Under the pieces are notes generated by a model. That model saw only the letters and a list, made by a program, of their open reading frames with translations, was not told the origin of the DNA and ran no database searches. Source: Balanoglossus misakiensis (Eukaryota; Animalia; Hemichordata). From it: a stretch of 64,000 nt of DNA. Made by a program: the position numbers and the translations under genes. Positions within the stretch are counted from its first letter, which is position 1; the number at the start of each line of letters is the position of its first letter. Below, one piece after another: positions 11,501 to 40,483 of the stretch. The stretch lies in contig CM082576.2 in the NCBI GenBank assembly GCA_040954595.2, positions 62,001-126,000 on the forward strand, written 5' to 3'.

Positions 11501-13759
11501 GGCTGTGTTTATAATGGAAATATGTTTCTTTTTACAAAAAGAATTTCCATTGAAATAAGTTTATTTCTTTATGAAATCAGTTTATTTCTTTATCTTGAAA
11601 AATTTACTGTCATAAGCTGGACACAAAAGCTGAGTTGTCCAGACACTACTTGAACATTTCAATCTTTTTAGGTCCCATTCAGTTTACATAAGCCATGGGA
11701 CCTTATGGGATCGGTTGCGTCTGTATGTATGGATGTATGTATGTCTGTATGTCCGTCCACATCAAAAATGGGAAAACTGCCACATGTATCACCTTAATAT
11801 TGGGTGTGCAGATGCAGGCTGGGCTGTAGAGGGGAGTTTGTTCAAATGAAGTTGTCATTGCCAAAAATTTGCAAATTAGCTGGAAAAATGTGAATTTGGT
11901 CAAAACTCAAGAACTAGTGGTCAGATTACTTTGCAAACTGGTGTGTATTACTTTATTGAGACCTTATGTAGATTTTTTTTATTTTGTGGTGATATCAGAA
12001 AATGGCTAATTTTGGTGAATTTTTTTGTCATTTTCCTCATTTTTAGTAACACATTAAAAGGTCACATTTGCTACATTGTATGAACCCTTTTATAGGATTA
12101 CCAGTCATGGCAGGCCAACCATCACCTTTGCTGATGTACTGTGAAGCGCTGATGTCATCAGTGACAGCTGTCAATATCAAACCTACCGCTGATGTATCAT
12201 GGGAATGTGTAGACTGTGCACTGACTGAAGCTCGGTTAGATCTAGTCATGCACTGGCTGGCACAGGACAGGTATGTACTACATCAAACATATCCAATTGC
12301 ACAATTACTTAATATTTGTCCCACATATACTGAAATGGTGAAGACAGATGTGATGTGATGCTCACTTGGTATGATAATTACCCTCACTACAGGTTGACAT
12401 ACAGCCTTGAACTTGGCCATTTACTGAGCGACTACAGTCGGAATAAAGATCCCACAACTAGTGACCAGTGCCTGGCACTCGCCCAGACAGTCTACAGCAA
12501 GCTTGGAGAGCACAGACTAGTTGTGCTGTGTATGTTGCGACAGAAGCGCTACCACTCTCTGATAGAGTACACACAGACAAAGGCTAAGTTTACGGAAGGT
12601 ATGTGTGAAAATTGCTGGGAGTTGAAAAGAACCTGTGTGCATCTACTAAAGAGATATTATTGAGGGTATATGCATGTACATTTGGTAAACTTGTGATAAT
12701 TGCTTTTTCCTGGTCATTCACTATTATTAAGTAGTGGAAAGGATTGTCTTGTCACCACATGCATTTAATACATAGGAAACTTTTATAAAGAACTGCAGTA
12801 ATTGTTGACGATTTGGCTTTTCTAATGCTGATTTTCTGACAGAGTGAAATAAGAGAGATCAGAATTATTTTTAGAGGCAGGGATTTGGTTGTGTTGTGTA
12901 CTGTGGTCTGACTTCCTCGCTGTCAAAATTTAAGTTCAAATCCCATAAAATACAAGTTTATTAATATGTGGATCAGTGCTTGATTTGAATATGGATGGTC
13001 AAAGGTTATAGTTCATAGCTGATTGGAGAGATCGTGTCATAAATTATGATCTTGGTGAGTATTACACCTTTCTATTCTGTGACTCAGATGACTACTTGAC
13101 CTTACTGGAGGAAAGTCCCACCCAGTTGCTGGCAATACTACTGGCCAAACCCAAAGAATCTGGAAACAGTATTGTATCAACTGAGGAGGTTGTGGCTACG
13201 TTGATACGAGCCGGACATGATGATGTGGGATTACTGACACTACAAGAAATCCATGGAGAATTTCTATCAGGTGTGTACCCAGACTTTAAAAAGAATTTTT
13301 TGCAGTGCAGCTGATAATATGATGAGATGTAAAGATGAAAAACAGTCTTGTGGAGTAAACAGAATGACAGAAGAGTCACACAAAAACATACAGTTGAAAT
13401 TTTGACAATGAGTTGCACATACGCAAAGGCTAGGTGTAACTGACCACTTCCAAAGAAACATAAGAAAAAATCAGGTAAAATTACTTTTGTTGACACTGGT
13501 AAAAAATGTTCCCGTTAATAATAGTAACATGAATATCATATCCATTTTAGGTGCTGACTTTGGAAGTTTGAAGCAGTTAGTCTTTAAAGAGAGCTCATCT
13601 CTCGACACATGGAAAGAGGTCGTCGCCAGCTGTCAGGAAAACGGCTATTTTGAAATTGGCGTGGAGCTGCTTGCGGCAGTGACTGTCCGAGATGCGATCA
13701 GCAAAGCCATGGAAATGACTTCATTATTGAACATGAATATGCTTCAGAATAGTATATGA
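8522..13759 (+). CDS. CLHC1: Clathrin heavy chain linker domain-containing protein 1 (about 10 coding exons)
   Basis: Exons give MSASR..VLPPISTETDKQFLQ..LTRLGCP|VVEHVSAYKPLLSKIKAEYE|...DDDPTKEREAEAMLEYIERFNELF..AANSPKGILRN|PLLMYCEAL..RLDLVMHWLAQDR|CLALAQTVYS|...QNSI*. Colinear with recalled human CLHC1. Confidence 0.88.
11665..12050 (+). mobile_element. Helentron-associated (DINE-1/HINE-like) non-autonomous element
   Basis: Starts in a T-run (TTTTTAGGTCCC), has short inverted repeat GGTCCCAT...ATGGGACC, then a (GTAT/GTCY)n microsatellite and a core. The right boundary is approximate. Confidence 0.55.
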
Positions 13760-15305
13760 ATGATGCATGGGAAAAATTATTCAATATGTCTTTGAATGTT
13801 ACACTACAGAAAATGATACACCATTTTTCACCCAATTCATTTTCCAGACAATTGTTGTCCCTTACCCCTTTTTTCCTTTTCATTTATTTAGAGAAAAGTT
13901 GTATATTTGCTATCAAAAATTGTCTGTCAACAAACACTGTGTGCAGAAGAAAAAACTCAGATGCTTTAGAAATTAACTACTCTCTGTGCATTTCTTGGCG
14001 AAAATAGCTGATTCTCCATGGACTTAGATATAAAGATTTACTTTGTTAGGTGAAGTCTAAATTAGTTTCCTATAATATTATGGTAACAACTTCATTCCTC
14101 AGACCGTGACTGTCTTGGGACACCCGGTTTGACTACTGCAACCAGCTTGGTTCATACTGTTACCCCCAAATGTTTACTTTGTATACCATCCGTAAATAAC
14201 AAGCTCTATTTTGTGTTACAGGTGGTTTGTTTTGATGGCCCTCAAGTAAATTGTCTCAGTTCATGTCTCTACTGATGTAACTTTTCAAGTAACATTGTAT
14301 CATCCTGATTGTATATCCCCCCCCCCCCCCCCCCCCTACTGCTAGAGTAGTCCATATGGACCTTGGAATGCTTGATCATGCATGTGGCACATTCTGGTTC
14401 ACAGCAGCTACGCCTCCTAGGTTTGACTGAACTCATGCACCACTAATTCAAAGTGGAGAGGTCTAGCTGTACCACTGGGTTTCACCATGGCACTTGGTAG
14501 CGAAACGGTACCAATAGTTTACATGTTTAACATTTGCTACAGATATAATGGAAATAAATAACAAAAATAATGTAACAGTTGTATTGTTTTTTTCTTGCTA
14601 TGGTAACACTGACAAATTGATATGTTCAGAAACAGGAACCCCCAAAACCTGTTTACTGTAAAATCCTGACCAGAAGCTCTTCGTACATGAAACCAAAACA
14701 AGTCATATCACAAAAGGCACTCTAGGATCGACATGGAAAAAATTTGAGCCATTTCCTTGTTGATAAAAAGAAACATGCAATACATGACAAACAAATTCAA
14801 AAGCATCTCATGCTGCTATGCTAACTTTCAATTAAGTAATAGACACATCAAGGAGAAAGTGAAATCATAACCCATGACCTTTTGTGTATGACTTCATACA
14901 AAATGGAAGGGACGCCCTCCCTGTTTAACTAAGAACTCCTGGAATTTTCATGTGCTGAAAATAAATGTATATATACATGCTGAATTGAATATGGAATTTC
15001 AAATGCGTACAGCATTCAGCTGAGGATGCCTTTTCACCACAGAAAATATTCCGTCATGAGCACACTGACAACTTCAAAATTTCTTCAGAACATTTTCTGC
15101 AGCATAAGATGCAATGTAGTTGATAAAATAACTACTTAGCCACTGGTGCAGATAACTGTTCATGACAAACACACACACACACACTCTGGATTTGGCAAGG
15201 AACAAAAAAAACAAGGCCACACTGTGTCAAAAGATGCTGTTATGCTGTGAATGCTTGTGATGTTGTAGGGACATCAATACTTGACAGGCAAATTCCTTCC
15301 ACTTT

Positions 15306-31030
<15,725 letters not shown>

Positions 31031-31213
31031 TCTCGGAGAGTTTGGTGCAATTCGACACACACACAGGTTCTACTTATCTACTTTCTTGTCATTATCATTC
31101 GTATGGTTTCTACGTAATAAGCAAAACATATTTAGGATAAGAATGCTTTCTACAATAGTACGCACGGATCAACAAGAATTTACAATGTACAAAGTCTGGT
31201 ATCATCGACTCTA

Positions 31214-31489
31214 GGCCTTACAGTCGTTTCGGCACCACAGATTTTCGACCCCAGTCGCTTCGGCCCCCAATTTTCACGACCCCGGTCTGTTCGGCCCCGA
31301 CACCCCACTGATCTGAGTTGTTTCGGTACTTATCGGAAGCCTTAAGTAAAATTGAATAAAATGTACGTATTTTACCTGAGACTGTTATAAAAGTAATAGT
31401 GGTAACCCTAGCAAACGACCGCGGTCGTGAAAATTGGGGGCCGAAACGATTGGGGTCGAAAATCTGTGGGGCCGAAACGACCTGTTACC
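31214..31489. mobile_element. MITE with about 70-bp internally repetitive TIRs upstream of the LRRC9 start codon
   Basis: GTCGTTTCGGCACCACAGATTTTCGACCCCAGTCGCTTCGGCCCCCAATTTTCACGACC is mirrored by GGTCGTGAAATTGGGGGCCGAAACGATTGGGGTCGAAAATCTGTGGGGCCGAAACGAC around an AT-rich core. Confidence 0.8.
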
Positions 31490-31818
31490 ATATCATCGAT
31501 ATCATCACAGAGCCGTTCCCAAGTCGCCTATCTAAAATTTCCTTTTAGAAATATCGATGTTAAATTTCAAACAAAATCATCAACAGTGTATGTATCAGAA
31601 TACACTGTACATGTAGTTGTGACAGAGAGTTAATCCGATCAAAGCCGCGGGCGTTATATCTCTGCAGACGCGGGCATCAAAACTGTACACAGTCGCTCAG
31701 CAGTGTTGCTACGGGTAAAGGTTGCAGTTCTGTACCACGCAAAACAAAAAAAGAATAAGTAAGATACAAATAAACCCTATTATTTCAGTTTAGCGAAAGA
31801 TGTCACGGTTAAACTCAC

Positions 31819-32003
31819 CCTCAAAGATGGACAAATCTGCTAGTTTACTTCGACAACACAGGCAACTACGAAGTTGTTTTCATTCAACGAGGTCCGCCAT
31901 CTTGAATATCTGGTGCGAAAAGTTGATTGGCCGTTCATCAATCACGTGACGAGTCTACCTCGCCGGGGAAGCCAGACGCGTCAACTATGCGTTGCTTAGT
32001 GAC
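31819..32003 (-). promoter_or_regulatory. Probable LRRC9 promoter and non-coding first exon
   Basis: Minus-strand donor GG|GTGAGT at 31819/31818; YY1-type AAGATGGCGG (31894-31903); CCAAT box (31926-31930); E-box TCACGTGA (31942-31949); X-box-like GTTGCTTAGTGAC (31991-32003). Confidence 0.5.
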
Positions 32004-33954
32004 AGTGTGCGCCGGATTCAACTTCAAGCGAAATATTTTAGAGGAATTTTGCCCAGCAAAATTTCCTCTCGTGTTTGCGCGATTTTTGTTTTTCTTTTAT
32101 TTATGTGTCGTCTCTTCTACTGCCGCAAATTAACGAGATAAAATAGCTGAGCGCTGTGAACTATCATTTGGTGGACTAATTAATTTTTCATGATTGTTCA
32201 CAACAAATTAATAAAATCTAAATATATATGTGATCACCCTCGTACATTGCCAGACTGATTAACACCTGACTCAGTTCTGCTGGATTCTTTTTTCTTTTTC
32301 TTTTTTAATTTTTATTTATTGCAAAGGAATGAAACAGCTGAAACGTACAGAAGAAATTATAGATACAAAAGTCAAAAGGAAAGAAACCGGGAATATAAAA
32401 AAGAGGTGCTATCTTTACAAAAAGTACAGAGGAAATTAAATAGTTACTACAAAATACGGAAAAGGGAATGTCTTCCCGGTCTTTTTAACAATACTTCTTT
32501 AGGTGAAAATGACATTTCTTACCTTTTCTAGGATGACGGAAAAGGATCATGATTTGTTCAGAAATCGATTCGAATACAGAAAATACTTCGCAATTATCAG
32601 CAAGTGGTTTAAAGTGTCAGTGCCATGCCCTTGACTTCCAAATCGCAATCTCTATCGTAGGAGCATTTTCAAACATTGTCTACACATTTTTTTTTGTAAC
32701 CACAGTCTTTGTTTTATCACATGCGCATAAGACAATCGTCGCGCTTTCAGTTCCCCTTTGTTAGTGCAGTACTCCAAAACGACATCTTTACATGTCAGTG
32801 ACAACGGCGGGTATGACAAATAACTTCACTTATGACGTTGTGAAAAGTCATCTTTTTGCCCAGATAGATGATATCTCTCATGCAGCCTAGTTTAGAGATA
32901 CGTCAGAGATGCAGACAAAAATTATAGGGTCACCTAATTTGTCTAAAGCTTCTACGTTGCACACCTGTTCCAAAAGCGCATAGTGTAATTGACCAATCAC
33001 AAGTTCTGTAGTCTACCTGTTTCAGGTCATAACATTAATTAAATATCTTTTGAACACGGTGTGGACAAGGCCAGTCTGATTCGCACCTGTTTGCACAAAG
33101 GTTCGTTTGAGAACTGCACAATTTTGTACAGACATTGAGTGCTGACCATTCGCGGACAGTAAAGTCTGTCCAGGATTTTTTTTTAAATGTCGCCACCAAC
33201 GGTAGGTATGACAAAAGCACTGTAGACGGTGTTCGAGTGAACTAAAGGCTGTCGCACACGAGAGAAAACAGCTAAGCAATAACTCATTCGAGGAATTTTA
33301 ATTTTGCTTTCTATCATTTAAACAGAATTCGAAAAAGGTATGACAAATTCCAATTAAAATGAGAATTATGTTATACAGTTGTAAAACGTATAAACAGTTA
33401 TTTGTGGATTCTTGTCATTTTCTTCCAACTGTGGCACCTTATTGCAGTCGAGTATTATTCTTGAACTGGAGCACCAGCCTTTTGGAGAGTTTTTGTGTCA
33501 TCCACATGAATTTAAATGGTGGAGCAGACACAAAGCTACTTCAATGGACTCATCTTTTCAGTTTCATATATTCAAAACAGTAAATAATTTCACCTATCGT
33601 GTAACAGTCAGTTAGTGGACAAACATGAAAGATCTCAAGTACATGTAGTCTGAAATTACCACAAATAATATAACTAAAATGGACACCAAAGGAACTGAGA
33701 AAGTTCTTCAGAATTTAACTATAGCCATACCATGGGGACAGGAAGAGTACTATAATTTTGTTGTTCACTTTGGACCCGGTTTCCATGTATGTAATGAAAT
33801 AAATGTACACACAACCTTTTTGCAAGTATACTGTTAATACTTTTGCACTTTAATATCTTGAAGGACATAGCCCACTGACAGAGATTATGTCAAACACAAT
33901 GAAAAATAACAACTGTGTGGAATAATTTTCTGCATAGATGGAAAACATACATGT

Positions 33955-34038
33955 ACAAATCCGAATAACCGAACTGTCTGCATATCCGAACAAAATCAAT
34001 GCCCCCCTGTCAGTTCGGATAATTGGAGTTTTACTGTA
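33955..34038 (-). mobile_element. Tc1/mariner (Tigger-like) MITE remnant, one end
   Basis: Minus strand begins TA-CAGTAAAACTCCAATTATCCGAAC; ATCCGAA/TTCGGAT subterminal repeats. Confidence 0.5.
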
Positions 34039-34659
34039 CTCCATTCACATTATGTTGAAGTTTGGATACCTCAATATGCTTTTAGGTACAGTCAAGATCC
34101 CAGAAATCGTACTTGCAACATTTTATGGTTGCAGTCTCTGTAATACACTGATCTTTTTTACATTTAAAAAATAATAAAACAAGAAATAAGTCAACTATCG
34201 TTTATAAAGCAGAATATACCCCTGTCCTGTTTTTTACAAAATTATGCGTATGACCACTGACTCACAATGTCATGCAATGTTTTGGAAATCTGTCCCAACA
34301 CTGGATTGTGTTAAATGCCCAATAGTCTTGGTTTAATTGTTCACACTAATATGGACATTCATGTGACACATACTATGTACTATGTTGTACATCTGCTATC
34401 AAACCAATCAGACTGTGTCAGTATTGAGAAAAAAAATCATAATTGACACCTTTTGCTTTACATGAAAGTACACATATTTTGTCTCTTGCTGTTACTGAAA
34501 GCCATTTTTAAGGTACATGAGGTCAGTAGATTTTCAAGTGTGTTACTTTAAGAAGGCACAAGATGTACTATCTCTGTCAACAGTATCCCTCAAAAAAACC
34601 CATTCTACTGTTAAATTTGTTCACAAAATATGGAATGAGTCACATGGCTTTGACAGTAT

Positions 34660-37600
34660 CTAATATCCACCACGACCCCTCCCTCGCCCCCCTTTGCCCC
34701 TCCATCCACCTTCTCCAGCACTGCCTGGTCTTCCATTTCCTGACCAACCTGTGAAACATAAAATGACAACTGATGTAAGTCTGCATCCAAATGTAATTAT
34801 AAACATTAACTTTACTATAATACATCTACGGTCCTATCCTATGGAGTTTGAATGCACAATATGTTTCAATATGCACTGCACTATCAGAAGCTCACATATA
34901 CCGTCTATGCTGCAACCAGGATTGCCAGTCACTCACATACAAGGAGGCCATTTACAATAAACGCAACAGATAACAAACAGAGAACATCTCATAAGAATGT
35001 CTTACTTCCTTGAACACGACCTCCAATTTGATGGCCGCTTTGGTAACTTTGATCACCATAACCGTGTTGATACCCGCCTTGCTGATACCCGCCTTGTTGA
35101 AAACCGCCTTGCTGAAAACCACTTTGTTGATGATGGCCACCTCTCTGACCACCACCACCTCGGCCACCGTGCCCACCACGTCCTCTACCACCTGTGAATA
35201 CAGCCAAAGGAAACACTTGCTGTTTTAACTCACAACATAGTAATTCTAGCGTACTGTACTGTATATACACTGCAATTTCTAATTCTGAGTGATTTGATAA
35301 ATAGATATCTTCACAGGTATTCTTCCAAGCTCTGAGCTATTAACAGCTACCGGTAATCTAGCAAATTCATAATTTTTCTCTAGGATTGCTACAAGAGTGA
35401 CTATAGAAGACTTACTTGATTCTGTTCTCTTTTGAAATGATGGCATTTCTGGTGCTGGAGGAGTTGCTTCCTGGGGACGACCACCTCGATCTGGTACCTA
35501 CACAAGAATTTCAGTTACAAAGTTGACAGAACATTACTTACATTTACATGTATGTATGTACAAGGTGAGTATGACAAGGTGACACTTTACGGGAGAATCC
35601 AATTGCTTCAAGGATTGCTAATGCAAATTAGCTTCTAATGTTAGCTTCTTTGGGTATGTAAAAGCCTCTGAGGAGAACATTTGCAATATACTACAGCAAA
35701 GACCAGTTAAGTTTGACACACACTTTTAATGAATATCACCAGACAAAGCTTACACAAAACTTCTTCAGCAATCGAAATGTTGAACTGTCATTTTTGAAAT
35801 TATGATCTGATGAAAACCCTAGGAGCACACAACTAACCTTTCCCATCATGACTTTATTGACGGCACTCTGGGTGTGTTCTCGCACTGAACCATAGCTTGT
35901 CCGTATCAGTCTTACTAAATCTAGTGTGAGAAAAAAAACGTTGTAAACAATCATGAAAAACAATTGGGAAATAGAACATAGTGTCAAGGACACTGTGGTC
36001 CCGTTTAGGGATTACACAGAAATAGGAGGTTTCCTCAAAACTTTGGCTCACCTTCCCTTGCTGCCAGTAAATGTGCAATGTCAACATCACACTGTGGTGA
36101 AAGTATTTTACGTCTTGGTTGATAGGATGCAGCCAGTGAATCTTCCTTGCCCTTCAGGTGAAGTCAGAAAATGAATAAAATATCTCACAACACTGTCAAA
36201 GATTGACTTCTGTTAAAGAATGATGAATTTGCAATAACAAAAGTGATAATAATAAAATTAGCCTTTAAACAGACATAATGGTGCTTCAAGTTACTGTAAA
36301 AGATCATAGGAAAAGATCACAATACAAGTTCTAAATTTATTGTAACATATTATATCCAACTGTATTATTTCCTATTGACATGTACGATTGGCTGAGGCTT
36401 TGTGCTGAAAATAATTAACATATTTTGTAACATAGTCCTATGTGGCTGAAAAGATCATGTTTTTTTCAAATCTGTACAAATAAAAGACTGATTCAAATGC
36501 AAAGGGACAATTTCAAAGATGGAAATATTATTACTACCATGAAACAAAATGTTCACAAATGTCCACTCACCTTAATTCTGTCGGACCATTTAAATGACTG
36601 TACAGTTACGTCAAGTCGTTTTAACAACATATGTCTGCGCACCACAAATTCCTTAGTTAGTGCTTCATTAATTTTTTCTACATTAATCTGTGAGAGTAAG
36701 ACAGAAATTTCATCATTATTTTAAGTGACAAGCACATTCGACCATTCTAGGTGATAAAATCGGTTTTATGCTGACATCATATTTTCAGTGGCATTTGATT
36801 GCAGTCAATGTGGATACTTTTGTCAGTTGTTATTTTCGTTCTACATGTTTGTCAACAATACAATGCAATTTGTAAAAATAAGTTTTCTAATTCATACACA
36901 AGCTGTCACCTGACTTCAGGAAAGACCATGCTGTGAATGAAGTATGTTTGAAGTGTCATGACAAACTTGGTCAGGCTTCACATAAACACTTCTCTGACAA
37001 CACTTGGCAATAATGATAACTTACCCACTGCTGTTCACTGAGGCCTGATTTTAAAATAGGTTTACTGAGATGGTCTGGGGGAAGCTGGCTTACTATCTCC
37101 CTCACTTTTGATTCCAGTTTGTTAAATATCTGATCAGCAGTGACGTTAGGTGGTGGTTTGGAAAGACCAAGGGTCACCAAAATAGTTTTTAGATATTTGC
37201 TATGTTCACTCCATCCGGTCTGTACAAAGGAACAAACAATTGCCAATTTAGTAATTAAAATTAAACATTCAATTAAAATGTCACTTTGACATACCAAAAT
37301 AGGCGCTTTCAGGAATTGTAGTTTTCTGTCAAAAATTGAAGTGTGTGTGTTCCTATTATATAAACACGGAGGTGGATATACAAAATATACTACAATTATT
37401 CATACTGGAATACCTGCTGGTTTCAATTCATGGCTACCAGAGTGCACAATTTACTGCACATCGCATTTGGTAAATCAAATACCCGCACTTACTGCATGAT
37501 CAATCTTTGCATTAGGTGATGGCTGGACTGGTTTTGTAGCACTAATCTTTGCAGCCAGCAATTCACTACATAAAAAATCTGCAAGAAGAAATTAAAGACA

Positions 37601-39759
37601 TTCATATATCTGGTAATATAAAAAAAGACAAGACTCCCTGAAATACAGATGCTGCTGAATCAAAGTAGTAGTTGCAATTGTGTTGACTTGAAGAGAACCA
37701 GATGCATTTCCCAATTTCTGACGTTTGAGAAACCTTTTGATAGTATGGCGCCATTTCCAATATTTTTCATCCTACCCTTGACAATGACCTTCACTCCTAC
37801 ATAATGCCAATTACTATTTCTTGAACTATTTACATATTTTCATCTTTTTCCTGGTACACAATGACATATGGATGTAGAAAGAGCTAATAGAAAAATATTT
37901 AATATTCACTAAACAGACAAACAAACAAATCAAAATAAAACTTACTGAGGAGAGTGTATCTATTTTCTTGATTTCCAAGTCTATTTATCATTTCACCAGT
38001 TACCAGTTCAGTGTACGGACAGTCATTTTCTCTTAGAAATGTACTTACTTCCAGCTCAAAATTTTCTGCATCCTCCGCACCTAAGATATGGCAAGGTGAT
38101 GATACGATCACATCAGTGATGTAATAACGCAAAGAAGATGCGGTGGTGTTGTACAGAGGAAAATTAATACTTCTTGTGTTTGTCAGTGTTTTTTGCATTT
38201 TGTAAACAATTTCAAATACAGGAGGCAAGTTTACCAACTAACATAATCATCCAATTCACCAGTTATCCACAACAATTCTGAATTATGCACAATGTCTCTT
38301 AACTTGTCGTTAAACAAAAACAAAAACACTACCTAGCTCTTCCACGCAACAATATTGAAAGTTGTTATTGTTCTTGTACTGGCAGGTTATTTGTTAACAT
38401 ATCCTATGTGACCTAAGTTAATGTGTACAGATAATGACATGATCAACAAAGAACCTATCCCTCACTTGAAGTTTCATTTATAGCCTCTTCAATTCCACAG
38501 TAACGTTGCAACTCTGATGCAAGCCAAGAAACTAATTTTGTGAACTCTGGTGATGATGGACCCCTTTCCACTGCTTTGCTAAGAGCCCCAACTTCTGACA
38601 AAATACCGGTATACCTGCAAAAATGCAAAACAAAAATTTGTGTATATTTGAAAGAAAATTACTATCAATGAAAAGATATCAGAGTTACTGTCAAAAGAAC
38701 ACTGAACATTTAATAACAGTGTTTCACATTGTGTGTTTTGTAGTTATTTAATACGGGTAACACTCCTGTGAAATGAAGAATGGTTTCTTACAAAAGATTC
38801 ACAATTTTTTCCAAAAAGAAACCAAACCAAACATGCTTATGTCTAGTAGAAAAAAATTATATTGTCCCAGAGAGTCTCAAGACAATATAAATTATGAAAT
38901 GCAAATAAAATTCATGAATCAGAAATTGTAAAGAATGATTTCAGCATGCTCAAAAGTACATTTTTAATGAAAATGTGAGTCAGAGAAAACTTGGAATGAA
39001 AAGGAATGTTTAATGTTCATTAGCATTTTAATTGTTAGCCTTTGCTGTGGAACTGCATGTACAGCCATTGTAATGATAACCTCACTTCAATGATGACCTC
39101 ACGTCAATGGGTTAAATATTAAATAAGGACACCAATTAAGTGTCATTGTTTGGGATTAATCTTGTTTTGTGAAGAAGACAATGTTTGTTTAACTAAAGTA
39201 GACTAGACAAAAACAATAGGTGTAATTATAACCTTTGCAGAGTTATGGTGGTCGTAGCTGCAGTTCAGTAGCTCTGGCAAAAACTTGGAGCTACTGAACA
39301 GAACTGCAGATGGCGGTCGCAGACATACATGTATACCCTGCCATACGACAATATACATGCACTCCTCAAGAATCTGGCAACACTGCAGACACTGCGACCC
39401 CAACTCAGTAGTATTAGTATTATTATAGCCACATATTTCGAGAATGCATTTGGTAGGTGGTTCCACTGTCCATATGCTGTTGACAAAAACTAACAAAGCT
39501 TCCTAATTCACGTTTTAAAAATTATCTTGTTCTCATAGAAAAAATATCCATATTGTACTGAGACTGCAGTTTTTCCATCCGGCTATGCATCGGACTGCAC
39601 ATGTGCAATGCACATCCATGATCATGCATTCATGATTCAATGAACATAGTGGCGGTGCACTGGTGAAGATGGCATTTGCACACACAAAGGTTCAAAACAG
39701 AAAAAGACTTACCCGAGGTCGTCTAAACTGTCTAAAATGTCATTTGCCATGCTATTCAT
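34660..39759 (-). CDS. FAM98A: FAM98 family protein (FAM98A/B/C pro-orthologue; RTCB tRNA-ligase complex subunit)
   Basis: MNSMANDILDSLDDLG|YTG..SSPEFTKLVSWL..ELKRL|AEDAENFELEVSTFLRENDCPY|..LGLSKPPPNVT..|RRHMLLKRLDVTVQSFKWSDR|LLAARE|..AVNKVMMGK|VPDRGGRP|RGG/QQGGY tail ..GRGRGRGGY* (stop 34660-34662). Confidence 0.92.
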
Positions 39760-40483
39760 TGTGATATTTTATCCAATTAATTTGGTTGATTGTTTCATGA
39801 CCTCACATACACTTCAGTGATCAGCCGAGGCATACACTATTTCATTACTTGCACTAGATTCACATTCGGATTGACATCTGAATGGCTTGACTGAATGGCC
39901 TATGTAGTGCAGTGAAAACAAGTCAGTTTATGGGCTGGAAAATATGTTTGTTAACGTTATTATATGGACGTTACTGTAAAATTACGGAATTCAATCATTT
40001 TAGATACATTTTTAGGCACAGGGCATTTTTCTTTTGATTGGTTGCTAGCCTAGTAAGTCAAGTTTTGTATGAAACTAGAATTAGGTGCAGTTTAATTGTT
40101 ACTTTTGCGACGTTTAAAACGATGAGCCATGTGTCGTTTGTCTAAAGAAAAAAATTGCCTTGCTACACGAGTTGGGAAAATGGCCTATCGCAACATTTCC
40201 CGGTCCCCTGAGGTTACTTTTTAGCAATCCGAATCGGAAACGGGTTGAATGACACAGTATGCTTGTTCGATGACCTTATTTTCTTTCCGCCAATTTTCAA
40301 CTAAACACTTTTAAAATCCTAGTACTGCAATCTACATAAATACACAAATCTGTTACCATTATTATAAGTATATAAAAATAAACGAAGTATAAACGAGGAA
40401 TTAATCTTTTCATGTGCAGATAGCTGACGAGATCGAGAGAACGCACACGATAACGTTCCCAGCATTCTTCAAAGTTCAACAAA

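Noticed and set aside
11552-11593. 21-bp tandem duplication (also a 17-bp one near 39073-39108)
   Set aside because: Ordinary local slippage in introns.
31223-31481. Repeated TTCGGCCCC units as a CRISPR-like array
   Set aside because: Units are mirrored as TIR sub-repeats of a MITE, with no spacers; eukaryotic context.
34660-34748. Apparent frameshift in the FAM98 last exon (ORF track shows another frame)
   Set aside because: Counting the G-run with the phase-1 splice gives an intact ..GKGGRGRGRGGY*.
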